Shown piece by piece: positions 39,229 through 48,667 of a stretch of 64,000 bases of DNA (position 1 is the first letter of the stretch; each line of letters starts with the position of its first letter). The position numbers were made by a program, and so were the translations under genes. Origin of the DNA: Gammaproteobacteria bacterium (GTDB taxonomy: Bacteria; Pseudomonadota; Gammaproteobacteria; PS1; Pseudothioglobaceae); assembly GCA_965207335.1 (NCBI GenBank), contig OZ242267.1, forward strand, positions 835,729-899,728, in the 5' to 3' direction. The notes below the pieces were generated by a model that saw nothing but the letters and a program-made list of their open reading frames with translations, searched no databases and was not told the origin of the DNA.

Positions 39229-39966
39229 TCAAGAACCAGCGGTGGCTTTTTCACCGTACGAGTTGCTTGGCTTGTTAGATTTTTTCTCTGTTGCCTTTAT
39301 ACCAGCAACACCAATAATGCTTTCTAAATGCTTTTGTCTCTCATGCTTAGCTATGTACCAATCTTTCATAAGAATCTCTATTAAGCCTATTAATAGTTGT
39401 GCTTCTTCGGGGTCAACATCAATAATTAAATTGATATCTTTTTCCATGTGAGCACCAATATTCCCGATACTTCGCACAGCGTCAATTGCTTGCCATATTA
39501 TTGGGTCAACTTTATCCTGAATATCCCTGATCTCATCAACAAGGCGCCCTTTTTTAATGCCAAAGAAATCGCGAATAATTCCTTGCAGACAGCGCCTAGA
39601 TAAAGTTGCGGATGCTTTTGGGCTCAATGCCTTTATAAGACAGGCTTCTTCATAATCAGCAATAATCGCCTGTGGTATAAATGATGGAAATTGTTTGGCT
39701 AAAGAGCTTGGCTTTAGATTCCATTCGAATCTTTTTGAATTTGGCGTGATTCTATACCCGTTGGAGTAGTTAGCAGAATGAAGAGAGCCTTTTATTTCGT
39801 ACTCTTTACATTCATCACTTGGACAAGTTATTACCTCGGTAACAATTACAGACATACCATCTTTATTGTCCTCATCAAATACATGTAAATTTTGACTGTA
39901 ATTAGAGTCGGTGATGGTCGCTTCTTTATTACAATAAGGGCATGCCCAATTGAATTTTATTGCCAT
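39229..39966 (-). CDS. Zinc-ribbon plus DUF4145 (HEPN-related) domain protein
   Basis: N-terminal CPYCNK..CPSDECKE. C-terminal AIADYEEA..SPKASATLSRRCLQ..AVRSIGNIGAH fits the DUF4145 pattern. Visibly higher G+C than its neighbours. Confidence 0.65.
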   Translation of the reverse strand: MAIKFNWACPYCNKEATITDSNYSQNLHVFDEDNKDGMSVIVTEVITCPSDECKEYEIKGSLHSANYSNGYRITPNSKRFEWNLKPSSLAKQFPSFIPQAIIADYEEACLIKALSPKASATLSRRCLQGIIRDFFGIKKGRLVDEIRDIQDKVDPIIWQAIDAVRSIGNIGAHMEKDINLIIDVDPEEAQLLIGLIEILMKDWYIAKHERQKHLESIIGVAGIKATEKKSNKPSNSYGEKATAGS

Positions 39967-40130
39967 GGTATATCCCTGTATAAATCTAACTATTTATTAA
40001 ATACATAATTATATACTAACTATTTTTAATTTTATTATATCAGAGTCAGTATAACTTGATTTTATGTATATATAATATTTTTTGTGAATAAAATAGCAAT
40101 AAATACTATGCTTAGTAAAATGTTTTTATA

Positions 40131-40715
40131 CACCCATCGTCATTGCGAGGCTTTGTAAAAGGCGTGGCAATCTCGTGCTACAGTGGCAATCTCGTGCTAC
40201 AAAAACGGTGTAATTTAAAAAAGCATTAACAATAACGAATTGGAATTATGCCAACTGTTGATTTAAAAAAGTACCCATAATAGTAAGCAAAGCTTACTTT
40301 GGGGAATATCCCAAACCCCTAACGGCAATTACAGGTTATTCAGTACATATTAAGTTGCTTTGATTGTTTTTTAATTGAGGGGCAGAACTAGTTTTCATAT
40401 TACAATTCACTGTACAACTGCCCCTCAAACTCCCCATATATACATTTTGCTTGTAATTTATATTTTTGTAGTGAGATAATTCGTGGTGTGGTTTTAAAAA
40501 AGTACCCACAATAACAAGTTAGAATTATATCCACCGTCATTGCGAGCCTTGATAAAGGCGTGGCAATCTCATCTTACAAAACCCACCGTCATTGCGAGAC
40601 TTGTAAAAGGCGTGGCAATCTCGTGCTACAAAAGCAATGTAATTAGTACCAGAATATTGCCTAAGATTGCCACACACTAAAAAACAGTGTTCGCAATGAC
40701 TAGGGTACCTTTTTA
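40131..40715. repeat. Palindromic repeat module array (reverse orientation)
   Basis: Same modules as 48668-50365 on the opposite strand, e.g. TTAATTGAGGGGCAGAACTAGTTTTCATATTACAATTCACTGTACAACTGCCCCTCAAACTCCCC. Confidence 0.85.
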
Positions 40716-40718
40716 ACA

Positions 40719-43046
40719 CTAGGCATTTTTAGCCTTGTATTTAGTTTTTGACTTAGATTTTTTGATTTGTGTTATTTTGCCAGCTATGGCATCTTCACAT
40801 TCTTTTAGGCTTAGACTGTTTGGTTCTTTGTCGCCAAAAAACTTTTTAATAGTAATATTTTTTTGTCCCTTACCGCGTTTTTTGCCATTACTTATATAGG
40901 CGCCAAATCGTCCATTTAAAACCCTAATATCTGATTTATCAAAAGTTTTAATTATTAACTCTTTATCCTTTTTTTCTTTATCGGCTATTAGTTGTAGTGC
41001 TGTTTCTAGACTAACAGTTTCTGGGGTTTCTTCTTTTAATGATACATACTTCTTACCGTATTGAATATAAGGACCAAATCGTCCATAATTTGCCTTTATA
41101 GGTAGTCCATCATCAGTATTACCAACTAATCTTGGTAGTTTAAATAATTCTAATGTTTCTTCTAGGGTTATAGTCTCTAAATTTTGTCCTTTTTTCAGGC
41201 TAGCAAATATAGGTTTTTGTTCGTCGTCTTTGTCTCCTATTTGTGCAAAAGCCCCATAACGACCTAATCTAAGTGTTATATCCTTACCACTATCAGGGTC
41301 AATTCCTACTACTCTTGCATTATTCAATTCTTGTTTTGATAAATTACTAGCAAATTCTACCTGTTCATGAAACATAGTGTAAAAATCGCTTACTATCTTG
41401 TGCCAAATTTTATTTTTATTAGCTATTGCATCAAAATCAACCTCTAAATTAGCACTAAATTGATAATCAACTATATTGTTAAAGTATTTTTTTAAAAAAT
41501 CGGTTAGTAGATAGGCAACACTAGTCGGTAATAATTTATTTTTATCATTATTAAATACTTCTACTATTTTGATTGCTATAAATTTATTTTGTTTAATTTG
41601 CAATAAATTACACTCTCTTTCTACCCCATCTATATTTTCTTTTACTATGTAGCCTCGTTCTTGTACTGTTGAAATCATTGAGGCAAAAGTAGAAGGTCTT
41701 CCTATACCCATCTCTTCAATTTTTTTTACCAAACTAGCCTCAGTATAGCGAGGTTTTGGCTTGCTAAATGTTTCTTTGGCATCAAGGGTGTCAATTGTTG
41801 GGTTTTGGTTTATTTTTAACTCTGGTAGTAATTTATCTTTGCTTGTATCAAAATCATAAACCTTTAAAAATCCAGCAAATTTTAGTACCTCTCCCTCCGC
41901 TATAAAAACCTCATCTTTATTAGCAATACTAATAACTACTTTAGTTTTGTCTAATATAGCACTAGACATTTGTGATGCTAGAGTGCGTTTTCTAATTAAA
42001 TTATATAGCTTTTCTTCTTTTTCATTAGCACCTAATGAAGTTTTACTAAGGTCAGTAGGTCGTATGGCTTCGTGTGCTTCTTGAGCGGAGCTATTTTTAG
42101 TTTTATAATGGCGAGGATTAGCATAATCACTACCATATTTATTAGTTATAATACTTTTTGCACTTGCTAATGCAATATCAGATAAATTAAGCGAGTCTGT
42201 TCTCATATAAGATATATGACCATCACGATATAAATTTTGTGCTAGTGTCATAGTTTGTTTAACAGAAAAACCTAGTTTTTGTGATGCTTCTTGTTGTAAA
42301 GTAGAAGTCATAAAAGGCGGGGAAGGACTTTTTTTGCTAGGCTTAGTTTTAATATCAGTTATTTGTAGTTTAGCATTTAATAAATGCTTAACAAACTCTT
42401 CTGTTTGCTGTTTGCTTGCAAAACTTTTATTAAGTTTTACCAAAAATTTGCTATTATTGCTAATTAACTCAGCTTTGATTTTGTATGTTGTTTCTGCTTT
42501 AAAATTAGTTATTTCTTGCTCTCTTTCTACTACTAAACGCACAACTGGTGATTGCACCCTACCTGCTGATTTTGCACCAGATATTTTTCTCCATAATATT
42601 GGTGATATTTCAAAGCCAACTAAACGGTCAATAATTCTTCTTGCCTGCTGGGCATGTACCAAAGGCATATTAACGACTCTAGGATTGGTAATTGCATATT
42701 TTATAGCTGGCTTAGTTATTTCGTGAAAAACAATTCTACTAGTATCTTCTGGTAATTTTAATGCCTCTAATAAATGCCATGCTATTGATTCACCCTCTCT
42801 ATCCTCATCAGTTGCTAGATATACTTTAGTGGCTTCTTTAGCTAGTTTTTTTAGTTTACTTACTATTGATTTTTTGCTAGGGCTTATCTCATATGTAGGC
42901 TTAAAAGAGTTTTTAATATCAATGCCCATATCTTTTTTAGACATATCGCGAATGTGTCCTACACTGGACTCAACCACAAAATCATTGCCTAAAAATCCCT
43001 TAATAGTATCTGCTTTAGCAGGGGACTCTACAATTACTAATTTCAT
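40719..43046 (-). CDS. topA: DNA topoisomerase I
   Basis: Toprim MKLVIVESPAKA..ATDEDREGE, active-site region SYMRTDS, C-terminal repeats GRFGPYIQYG / GRFGAYISNG. Confidence 0.95.
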   Translation of the reverse strand: MKLVIVESPAKADTIKGFLGNDFVVESSVGHIRDMSKKDMGIDIKNSFKPTYEISPSKKSIVSKLKKLAKEATKVYLATDEDREGESIAWHLLEALKLPEDTSRIVFHEITKPAIKYAITNPRVVNMPLVHAQQARRIIDRLVGFEISPILWRKISGAKSAGRVQSPVVRLVVEREQEITNFKAETTYKIKAELISNNSKFLVKLNKSFASKQQTEEFVKHLLNAKLQITDIKTKPSKKSPSPPFMTSTLQQEASQKLGFSVKQTMTLAQNLYRDGHISYMRTDSLNLSDIALASAKSIITNKYGSDYANPRHYKTKNSSAQEAHEAIRPTDLSKTSLGANEKEEKLYNLIRKRTLASQMSSAILDKTKVVISIANKDEVFIAEGEVLKFAGFLKVYDFDTSKDKLLPELKINQNPTIDTLDAKETFSKPKPRYTEASLVKKIEEMGIGRPSTFASMISTVQERGYIVKENIDGVERECNLLQIKQNKFIAIKIVEVFNNDKNKLLPTSVAYLLTDFLKKYFNNIVDYQFSANLEVDFDAIANKNKIWHKIVSDFYTMFHEQVEFASNLSKQELNNARVVGIDPDSGKDITLRLGRYGAFAQIGDKDDEQKPIFASLKKGQNLETITLEETLELFKLPRLVGNTDDGLPIKANYGRFGPYIQYGKKYVSLKEETPETVSLETALQLIADKEKKDKELIIKTFDKSDIRVLNGRFGAYISNGKKRGKGQKNITIKKFFGDKEPNSLSLKECEDAIAGKITQIKKSKSKTKYKAKNA

Positions 43047-43052
43047 TATTGT

Positions 43053-43211
43053 GAGGCCTTTGCATAAATAGGGGTGATTAGCAAAAGTTCAATTTTTGCC
43101 GAATTAGTGATTTTATTAAACCTTGTCCTAGGGCTAAGGCTAAGTTTAATAAAATTGCTAAGTTGGTGAAAAGTGGGTTTTTGATGATTATTCATATTAT
43201 GCAAAGGTCTC
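43053..43211. mobile_element. MITE copy (subtype B interior, 159 bp)
   Basis: Termini GAGGCCTTTGCATAAATA / CATATTATGCAAAGGTCTC. Flanks ATTGT / ATTGG (4 of 5). The smg stop codon overlaps the right terminus. Confidence 0.85.
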
Positions 43212-43698
43212 ATTGGATTGTTTGATGATGCTCATCTAAAATTACTGCTTCTAGCCATGCATTAGAATAATTATTGTTAGAATTATTGCCTAAAACCATA
43301 ATTACTACCCATTTAAAATCATTTAAGGATATGTCTTTGGTGTTTAATGAGGTTACTTGTGAGATAATTAGCTCTCTTTGCATAGGATCTAATAAGCCTA
43401 TATTTTCTAAAAAAAACAAAAAATTACGATTTTTTAAATTTATTTTTTGTTTTTCTTGCTCTGAATAAACACGCAAACTCTCATTATTAATAGCAAATGG
43501 TGTTATCTTACCATCTTGTAATGCTGAGATATTATCTAGCCATTTAAGTGCCATATGTATGCCTTTTTCATCAAATCCAGCATTTGCTAAATGGTTTTCT
43601 AGCATAGTGTCATCAATTTCTTCTTCACTGTTTGTTGCTTCAAATATGTAATCAAACATAAAGTTTAGAACATCTAAAATATTGTGATTATTTATCAT
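43210..43698 (-). CDS. smg: Smg (DUF494) protein
   Basis: ILDVLNFMFDYIFE N-terminus. Conserved position between dprA and topA. Confidence 0.85.
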   Translation of the reverse strand: MINNHNILDVLNFMFDYIFEATNSEEEIDDTMLENHLANAGFDEKGIHMALKWLDNISALQDGKITPFAINNESLRVYSEQEKQKINLKNRNFLFFLENIGLLDPMQRELIISQVTSLNTKDISLNDFKWVVIMVLGNNSNNNYSNAWLEAVILDEHHQTIQ

Positions 43699-44795
43699 AA
43701 GTTTATATTATTTTTTAAAACAAAGCCTGAATTAGGGATATTATATACCTCTCCTGATAATTCTAATAATAGTAATTTTTCATTTATTGTTTGAACATCT
43801 AAATTAGTTTTTAACACTAAGTCATCAATAGTAGTTGGATTATAGGTGAGGTATTTTAATAGCATATTGGATTGTTTGTCGATATTTTTTTTATTATTTA
43901 CTACTTTATTTGTAACAGCTTGAGTATTTTCCATGCCTATATTAGTTAAAATATCATCAATACTATCGGTTAAACAAGCACCATCTTTGATTAATTTATG
44001 GCAACCTTTAGCTTTATAATTACTAATAACACTAGGAATAGCAAATACTTCCCTTCCTTGCTCTAATGCACACCTTGCACTAATTAACGAGCCACTTTGC
44101 AGTGTTGCCTCTACTACTAGAATACCTAAACTTAAACCGCTAATTACTCTATTGCGTTTTGGAAAATTATTACTATGTGGGGCAACTCCTATTGGAAATT
44201 CTGATATAACAGCACCATTTTCTGTTATTTGATGAGCTAAATTTTTATGTTTTGCTGGATAAACCCTATCTAAACCTGTGCCACAAACGGCTATTGTTTT
44301 TCCTTGATTTTCAATAGCAGAGATATGTGCCTTAGCATCAATTCCTAGGGCTAAACCACTAGTTACAACTAAATTATTAAGTGCTAGTTGTTTAGCAAAA
44401 TAATAAGCATTCTCTAAGCCATGCATACTAGCCGCCCTACTACCAACAACTGCTATTTGAGGCATAGCTAAGGTTGATACATCACCCATAACATATAAAA
44501 TTAATGGTGGGTCTGATATTTCTTTTAATAGTACAGGATAATCATCATCAATCAAAGTAATAATATGACAATTACTCTGCTCCGCCCAAATTAAATCTTT
44601 TTTAACTAAATCTATACTAGCACTATTAAACCAGTCAAGAGTCTTTTGTTTAAATAATCCAGAATTTCTGCGGGCTGTATCAGTACTAGTAAAAATATTT
44701 TCTGGACTCTCAAAATATTTTAATGCATTATAAGATGTTCTAATACCAACCAGAGGGGCTTTTAATAATAATAACCAATATGCTAATTCTGACAC
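43695..44795 (-). CDS. dprA: DNA-processing protein DprA
   Basis: Rossmann-like core VVGSRAAS..SGLALGIDAKAH..GTGLDRVYP..FPKRNR..VVEA..SGSLI. Confidence 0.9.
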   Translation of the reverse strand: MSELAYWLLLLKAPLVGIRTSYNALKYFESPENIFTSTDTARRNSGLFKQKTLDWFNSASIDLVKKDLIWAEQSNCHIITLIDDDYPVLLKEISDPPLILYVMGDVSTLAMPQIAVVGSRAASMHGLENAYYFAKQLALNNLVVTSGLALGIDAKAHISAIENQGKTIAVCGTGLDRVYPAKHKNLAHQITENGAVISEFPIGVAPHSNNFPKRNRVISGLSLGILVVEATLQSGSLISARCALEQGREVFAIPSVISNYKAKGCHKLIKDGACLTDSIDDILTNIGMENTQAVTNKVVNNKKNIDKQSNMLLKYLTYNPTTIDDLVLKTNLDVQTINEKLLLLELSGEVYNIPNSGFVLKNNINL

Positions 44796-44801
44796 AAATT
44801 T

Positions 44802-45464
44802 TTACAACTCATTACGCATAGCATCAATAGTTGTCTTATAATCATCAGTATTAAAAATAGCCGAACCAGCAACAAAAGTATCAGCCCCTGCTTGTGATAT
44901 TTCTTTAATATTATCTATTTTTACCCCGCCATCTATTTCTAAGCGAATATCTAGCCCACTGTCATCAATCATTTTACGGACTTGTTTAAGTTTGTCTAAG
45001 GTAGAAGGAATAAAAGATTGTCCGCCAAAACCAGGATTAACAGACATTAATAATATCATATCCAACTTATCAAATACATGCTCTAAATACGATAATGGTG
45101 TAGCAGGATTAAAAACTAAGCCTGCCTTACAGCCTTGTTCTTTAATAAGTCCTATGGTTCTATCAATATGCTCACTAGCCTCGGGATGAAAACTTATGTA
45201 GCTAGCACCAGCTTTGGCAAAATCTGGAATAATACTATCAACAGGTTTAACCATTAAATGTACATCAATAGGGGCAGTAATACCGTGCTTTCTAAGGGCA
45301 TCACAAATAAGAGGTCCTATGGTTAAATTTGGCACATAGTGATTATCCATTACATCAAAATGCACTATATCTGCCCCAGCTAGTAAAACATTATCAACCT
45401 CACTTCCTAATTTAGCAAAATTAGCAGATAATATTGATGGTGCTATAAAATTTTTCTGTTTCAT
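44802..45464 (-). CDS. rpe: Ribulose-phosphate 3-epimerase
   Basis: [31 protein letters not shown] motifs. Confidence 0.95.
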   Translation of the reverse strand: MKQKNFIAPSILSANFAKLGSEVDNVLLAGADIVHFDVMDNHYVPNLTIGPLICDALRKHGITAPIDVHLMVKPVDSIIPDFAKAGASYISFHPEASEHIDRTIGLIKEQGCKAGLVFNPATPLSYLEHVFDKLDMILLMSVNPGFGGQSFIPSTLDKLKQVRKMIDDSGLDIRLEIDGGVKIDNIKEISQAGADTFVAGSAIFNTDDYKTTIDAMRNEL

Positions 45465-45595
45465 TGTAATACCTATAAAAATATTATTGAAGTTTACCTT
45501 AAAATAATAAAATTTAACAAATAAATTAGATAAATCTTGCTAAGATAATAGCAAATCTTTTAGGGTCTTAATTAGTTAATACCCATCTTTTTAAT

Positions 45596-45608
45596 GTGTA
45601 AACACATA
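45596..45608 (+). promoter_or_regulatory. Conserved upstream box GTGTAAACACATA, 92 nt before precursor copy 2
   Basis: 12 of 13 match, at the same spacing, to the box upstream of copy 1 (34753-34765, minus strand). Confidence 0.3.
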
Positions 45609-45700
45609 AACTATATAATAATTTTGTAAATATTTACTTATTATTAATATACTAGTGTTTAAATGTACTTAATTAACTTTTATTCTTAAGCTGGTATATT

Positions 45701-46030
45701 ATGGACAAAAAACTATCACAACAATTAATAAGCAACACTAAAATACGCAAAGAATTTATTCAAAATCCAAAGCAATTATTGCATAAATACGATAATAGAG
45801 ATTTTGATGATGTTGATATTATCGTCAAGGAAAACACACTAACTACATTTTATTTTGTTATTCCAGATTATGATAAAAAATTAGATTTATCAACTATTAA
45901 TGCTGCTAAGGCCGCATTAGGAACATTAGCTTGCATAGGAAGTGTTGGCTCGTTTGCTTGTGTAGGTGGGTGTGTGTCTTCTGTTGGTTCAATAGGAACT
46001 ACAAGCACTGCCTTGCCATCACGTTTTTAA
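45701..46030 (+). CDS. RiPP-precursor-like peptide: NHLP-type leader plus Cys/Gly/Ser-rich core (copy 2)
   Basis: Leader NPKQLL..DFDDVDIIVKENTLTTFYFVIP..INAAKA. Core ALGTLACIGSVGSFACVGGCVSSVGSIGTTSTALPSRF has three Cys. Isolated between long AT-rich spacers. Confidence 0.65.
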   Translation: MDKKLSQQLISNTKIRKEFIQNPKQLLHKYDNRDFDDVDIIVKENTLTTFYFVIPDYDKKLDLSTINAAKAALGTLACIGSVGSFACVGGCVSSVGSIGTTSTALPSRF

Positions 46031-46349
46031 CTACACACATAACTATAAAAACTCATAAAGACAAATTGCATAACAATTAATCCAATATTGTAAATAATAA
46101 CTTTACTTATATGCATTTTTTGTCTCAAACATATATAATTCTAAATTATTGCTAAAAGCATACAGGCATACCCTATAAAACTTAACTTTATCATAAATTT
46201 TTAGGATTATAAATACTATTTAAGCAACAATCTTAATAATGTTGTCATTATGTTATAATAATATGTAAAAGTTGTTATGCTATTGTTAAGGGTTATTGTT
46301 TAGCTTAGTTGGTTTTATTGCTAAAAGTTTTAGTTAAAATTATTTTTTT

Positions 46350-48647
46350 GTGTTTAAGAAATTTATTATGCTTATTAAAATAATATCATTTTTATTTTTA
46401 TTAAATTTTGCCACAATAGTAAATGGTAATTTATTGCCAGCTAATGATGCTTTTAAATTAAGCTCAATAGTAAAAAATGACAATATAATCCTAAACTGGG
46501 ATATTGCCGATGGTTATTATCTATACAAAGAAAAAATAAAAATATCAACAAACATAATAGAGCCACTAGGCAGGATTGTCTTCCCTATTGCTAATATTAA
46601 AGATGATGAGTTTTTTGGTAGAGTTGGTATATACAGAGATAAAGTCAGCTTAGTAATTCCTGCTAATAATATTAAAACAAAGCAATTTAATTTATCGGTA
46701 AGCTATCAAGGTTGTGCTGATATAGGTGTATGCTATCCACCTATTACTAAAAATATTAAAATATCACTAGCAAAAACAAATAATAACCAAAATTCACTAG
46801 CAGACTCTGTAATTGACACTGCAAGTAATATTGTAGAAAAAATTGCCAATAATAGTACAGGGTTTTTACAAAAATTTATCAACCCAGCACAAGAAGAGCA
46901 TCCATTAAACCCAGATTTAGCCTTTAAATTTTCTATAATAGCAAAAGATGATAAAACTTTATTAGCTAAGTGGGATATTCATAAAGATTATTATTTATAC
47001 GATAATAAATTCAAATTTAGCATAAAAGGTGCTGATTATATTGATATATTGATACCAGATGGCAAAATAAAAAAAGATGAGTTCTTTGGTAGTATAGAAA
47101 CTCATAAGGGATATTTAGAGATTTTATTGCCGCTGAAAAATATTACCACTGCAAATATTACCAGCAAAATAAGCTATCAAGGCTGTTGGGAAGGTGGGGT
47201 ATGTTATCCATTACAAACAAAAACTACTAAGTTATTATTGCCTTCAAATTCTAATTCTGGAGCAAAAAATACCCAACTAGAAAACAATAATACCCCTGTA
47301 AATACTACAAAAGAAACAGCAAAAAATACCAGTTATATCTCGCCTAAGTCTGATTTAGCGGTTGGTGATTTATTTAAACAAAGTAATTTATTATTAATAC
47401 TATTAAGTTTTTTTGGTTTTGGCCTATTACTATCATTTACACCATGTATTTTTCCAATGATACCAATTTTATCTGGAATTATCGCTGGCAAAGGTGAAAG
47501 TATATCAACAAAGCGAGCATTTATTATGTCATTAGTGTTTGTTTTGGCGATGTCAGCAACCTATGCAGTAGCAGGTGTTTTGGCTGGATATTTTGGCGAA
47601 AATTTACAAATAGTACTGCAAAATAAATGGGTTATTATTACATTTAGCAGTGTTTTTGTAATTTTAGCTTTCTCAATGTTTGGTTATTTTGATATTAAAA
47701 TGCCGTCCTATTTTACTAACAAAGTAAGTAATATAAGTAATAAACAAAAATCTAATTTACTAGGTGTTGCTGTTATGGGGGTTTTATCAGCACTAATTGT
47801 TGGCCCTTGTGTTGCACCGCCTCTGGCAGGAGCATTATTATACATTGGACAAACAGGGGATTTAGTACTTGGGGGATTATCGTTATTTTTTATGGGTATT
47901 GGTATGGGCGTACCACTTTTAATTATAGGAGCAAGTGCTGGCAAACTATTACCTAAGGCAGGCTCTTGGATGGATAAAGTAAAGGCTGTTTTTGGTATTA
48001 TGATGTTGGCAGTAGCAATTTATTTACTAGATAGAATTATACCTAATATAGCATCGTTATTTTTATGGGCTAGTTTATTTACTATATCAACAGGAGCATT
48101 AGGTTTATTTAAGCCATTAAGCAAAGATTCTAGCCCATGGCATGGTATTTTTAAAACCATAGGTGCTATAATATTTATCTACGGTATATTATTATTTTTA
48201 TTAGTTGCAAAAGGCGGTGGTAATATACTGCAACCTCTGGCATCTTTTAGCATAAATAGTAATCAACAAGCCAGTAATAAACTCAAATTTACCTATGTTA
48301 AAAATCTAGCACAATTAGACGCTGTTTTATTAAGTGCTAAAGAACAAGATAAAGTAGTAATGTTAGATTTTTATGCCGATTGGTGCATATCTTGCAAGGA
48401 AATAGAAAATTGGACTTTCACCGATAAAGATGTTATAAACTCATTAGCAAATGCTATTACTATTAAAGCAGATGTCACTGAAAACAACAATGATGACAAA
48501 CAATTAATGGCTAAATTCAATATTATTGGGCCGCCAGCATTATTATTTTTTAAAGATAATGTTGAACTACGAAACAACCGCATAGTAGGCGAGATAGGGG
48601 CTAAGGATTTTATAGAAAATATGGCTAATATCAATCAAAGTTATTAG
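46350..48647 (+). CDS. dsbD: Thiol:disulfide interchange protein DsbD with two tandem N-terminal (alpha) domains
   Basis: YQGCADIGVCYPP and YQGCWEGGVCYPL (two alpha-domain Cys pairs). TM-domain motifs FTPCIFPMIP and VGPCVAPPL. C-terminal thioredoxin motif WCISC. Start may be the ATG at 46368. Confidence 0.9.
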   Translation: MFKKFIMLIKIISFLFLLNFATIVNGNLLPANDAFKLSSIVKNDNIILNWDIADGYYLYKEKIKISTNIIEPLGRIVFPIANIKDDEFFGRVGIYRDKVSLVIPANNIKTKQFNLSVSYQGCADIGVCYPPITKNIKISLAKTNNNQNSLADSVIDTASNIVEKIANNSTGFLQKFINPAQEEHPLNPDLAFKFSIIAKDDKTLLAKWDIHKDYYLYDNKFKFSIKGADYIDILIPDGKIKKDEFFGSIETHKGYLEILLPLKNITTANITSKISYQGCWEGGVCYPLQTKTTKLLLPSNSNSGAKNTQLENNNTPVNTTKETAKNTSYISPKSDLAVGDLFKQSNLLLILLSFFGFGLLLSFTPCIFPMIPILSGIIAGKGESISTKRAFIMSLVFVLAMSATYAVAGVLAGYFGENLQIVLQNKWVIITFSSVFVILAFSMFGYFDIKMPSYFTNKVSNISNKQKSNLLGVAVMGVLSALIVGPCVAPPLAGALLYIGQTGDLVLGGLSLFFMGIGMGVPLLIIGASAGKLLPKAGSWMDKVKAVFGIMMLAVAIYLLDRIIPNIASLFLWASLFTISTGALGLFKPLSKDSSPWHGIFKTIGAIIFIYGILLFLLVAKGGGNILQPLASFSINSNQQASNKLKFTYVKNLAQLDAVLLSAKEQDKVVMLDFYADWCISCKEIENWTFTDKDVINSLANAITIKADVTENNNDDKQLMAKFNIIGPPALLFFKDNVELRNNRIVGEIGAKDFIENMANINQSY

Positions 48648-48667
48648 AGACCTTAACACAAAATAAA

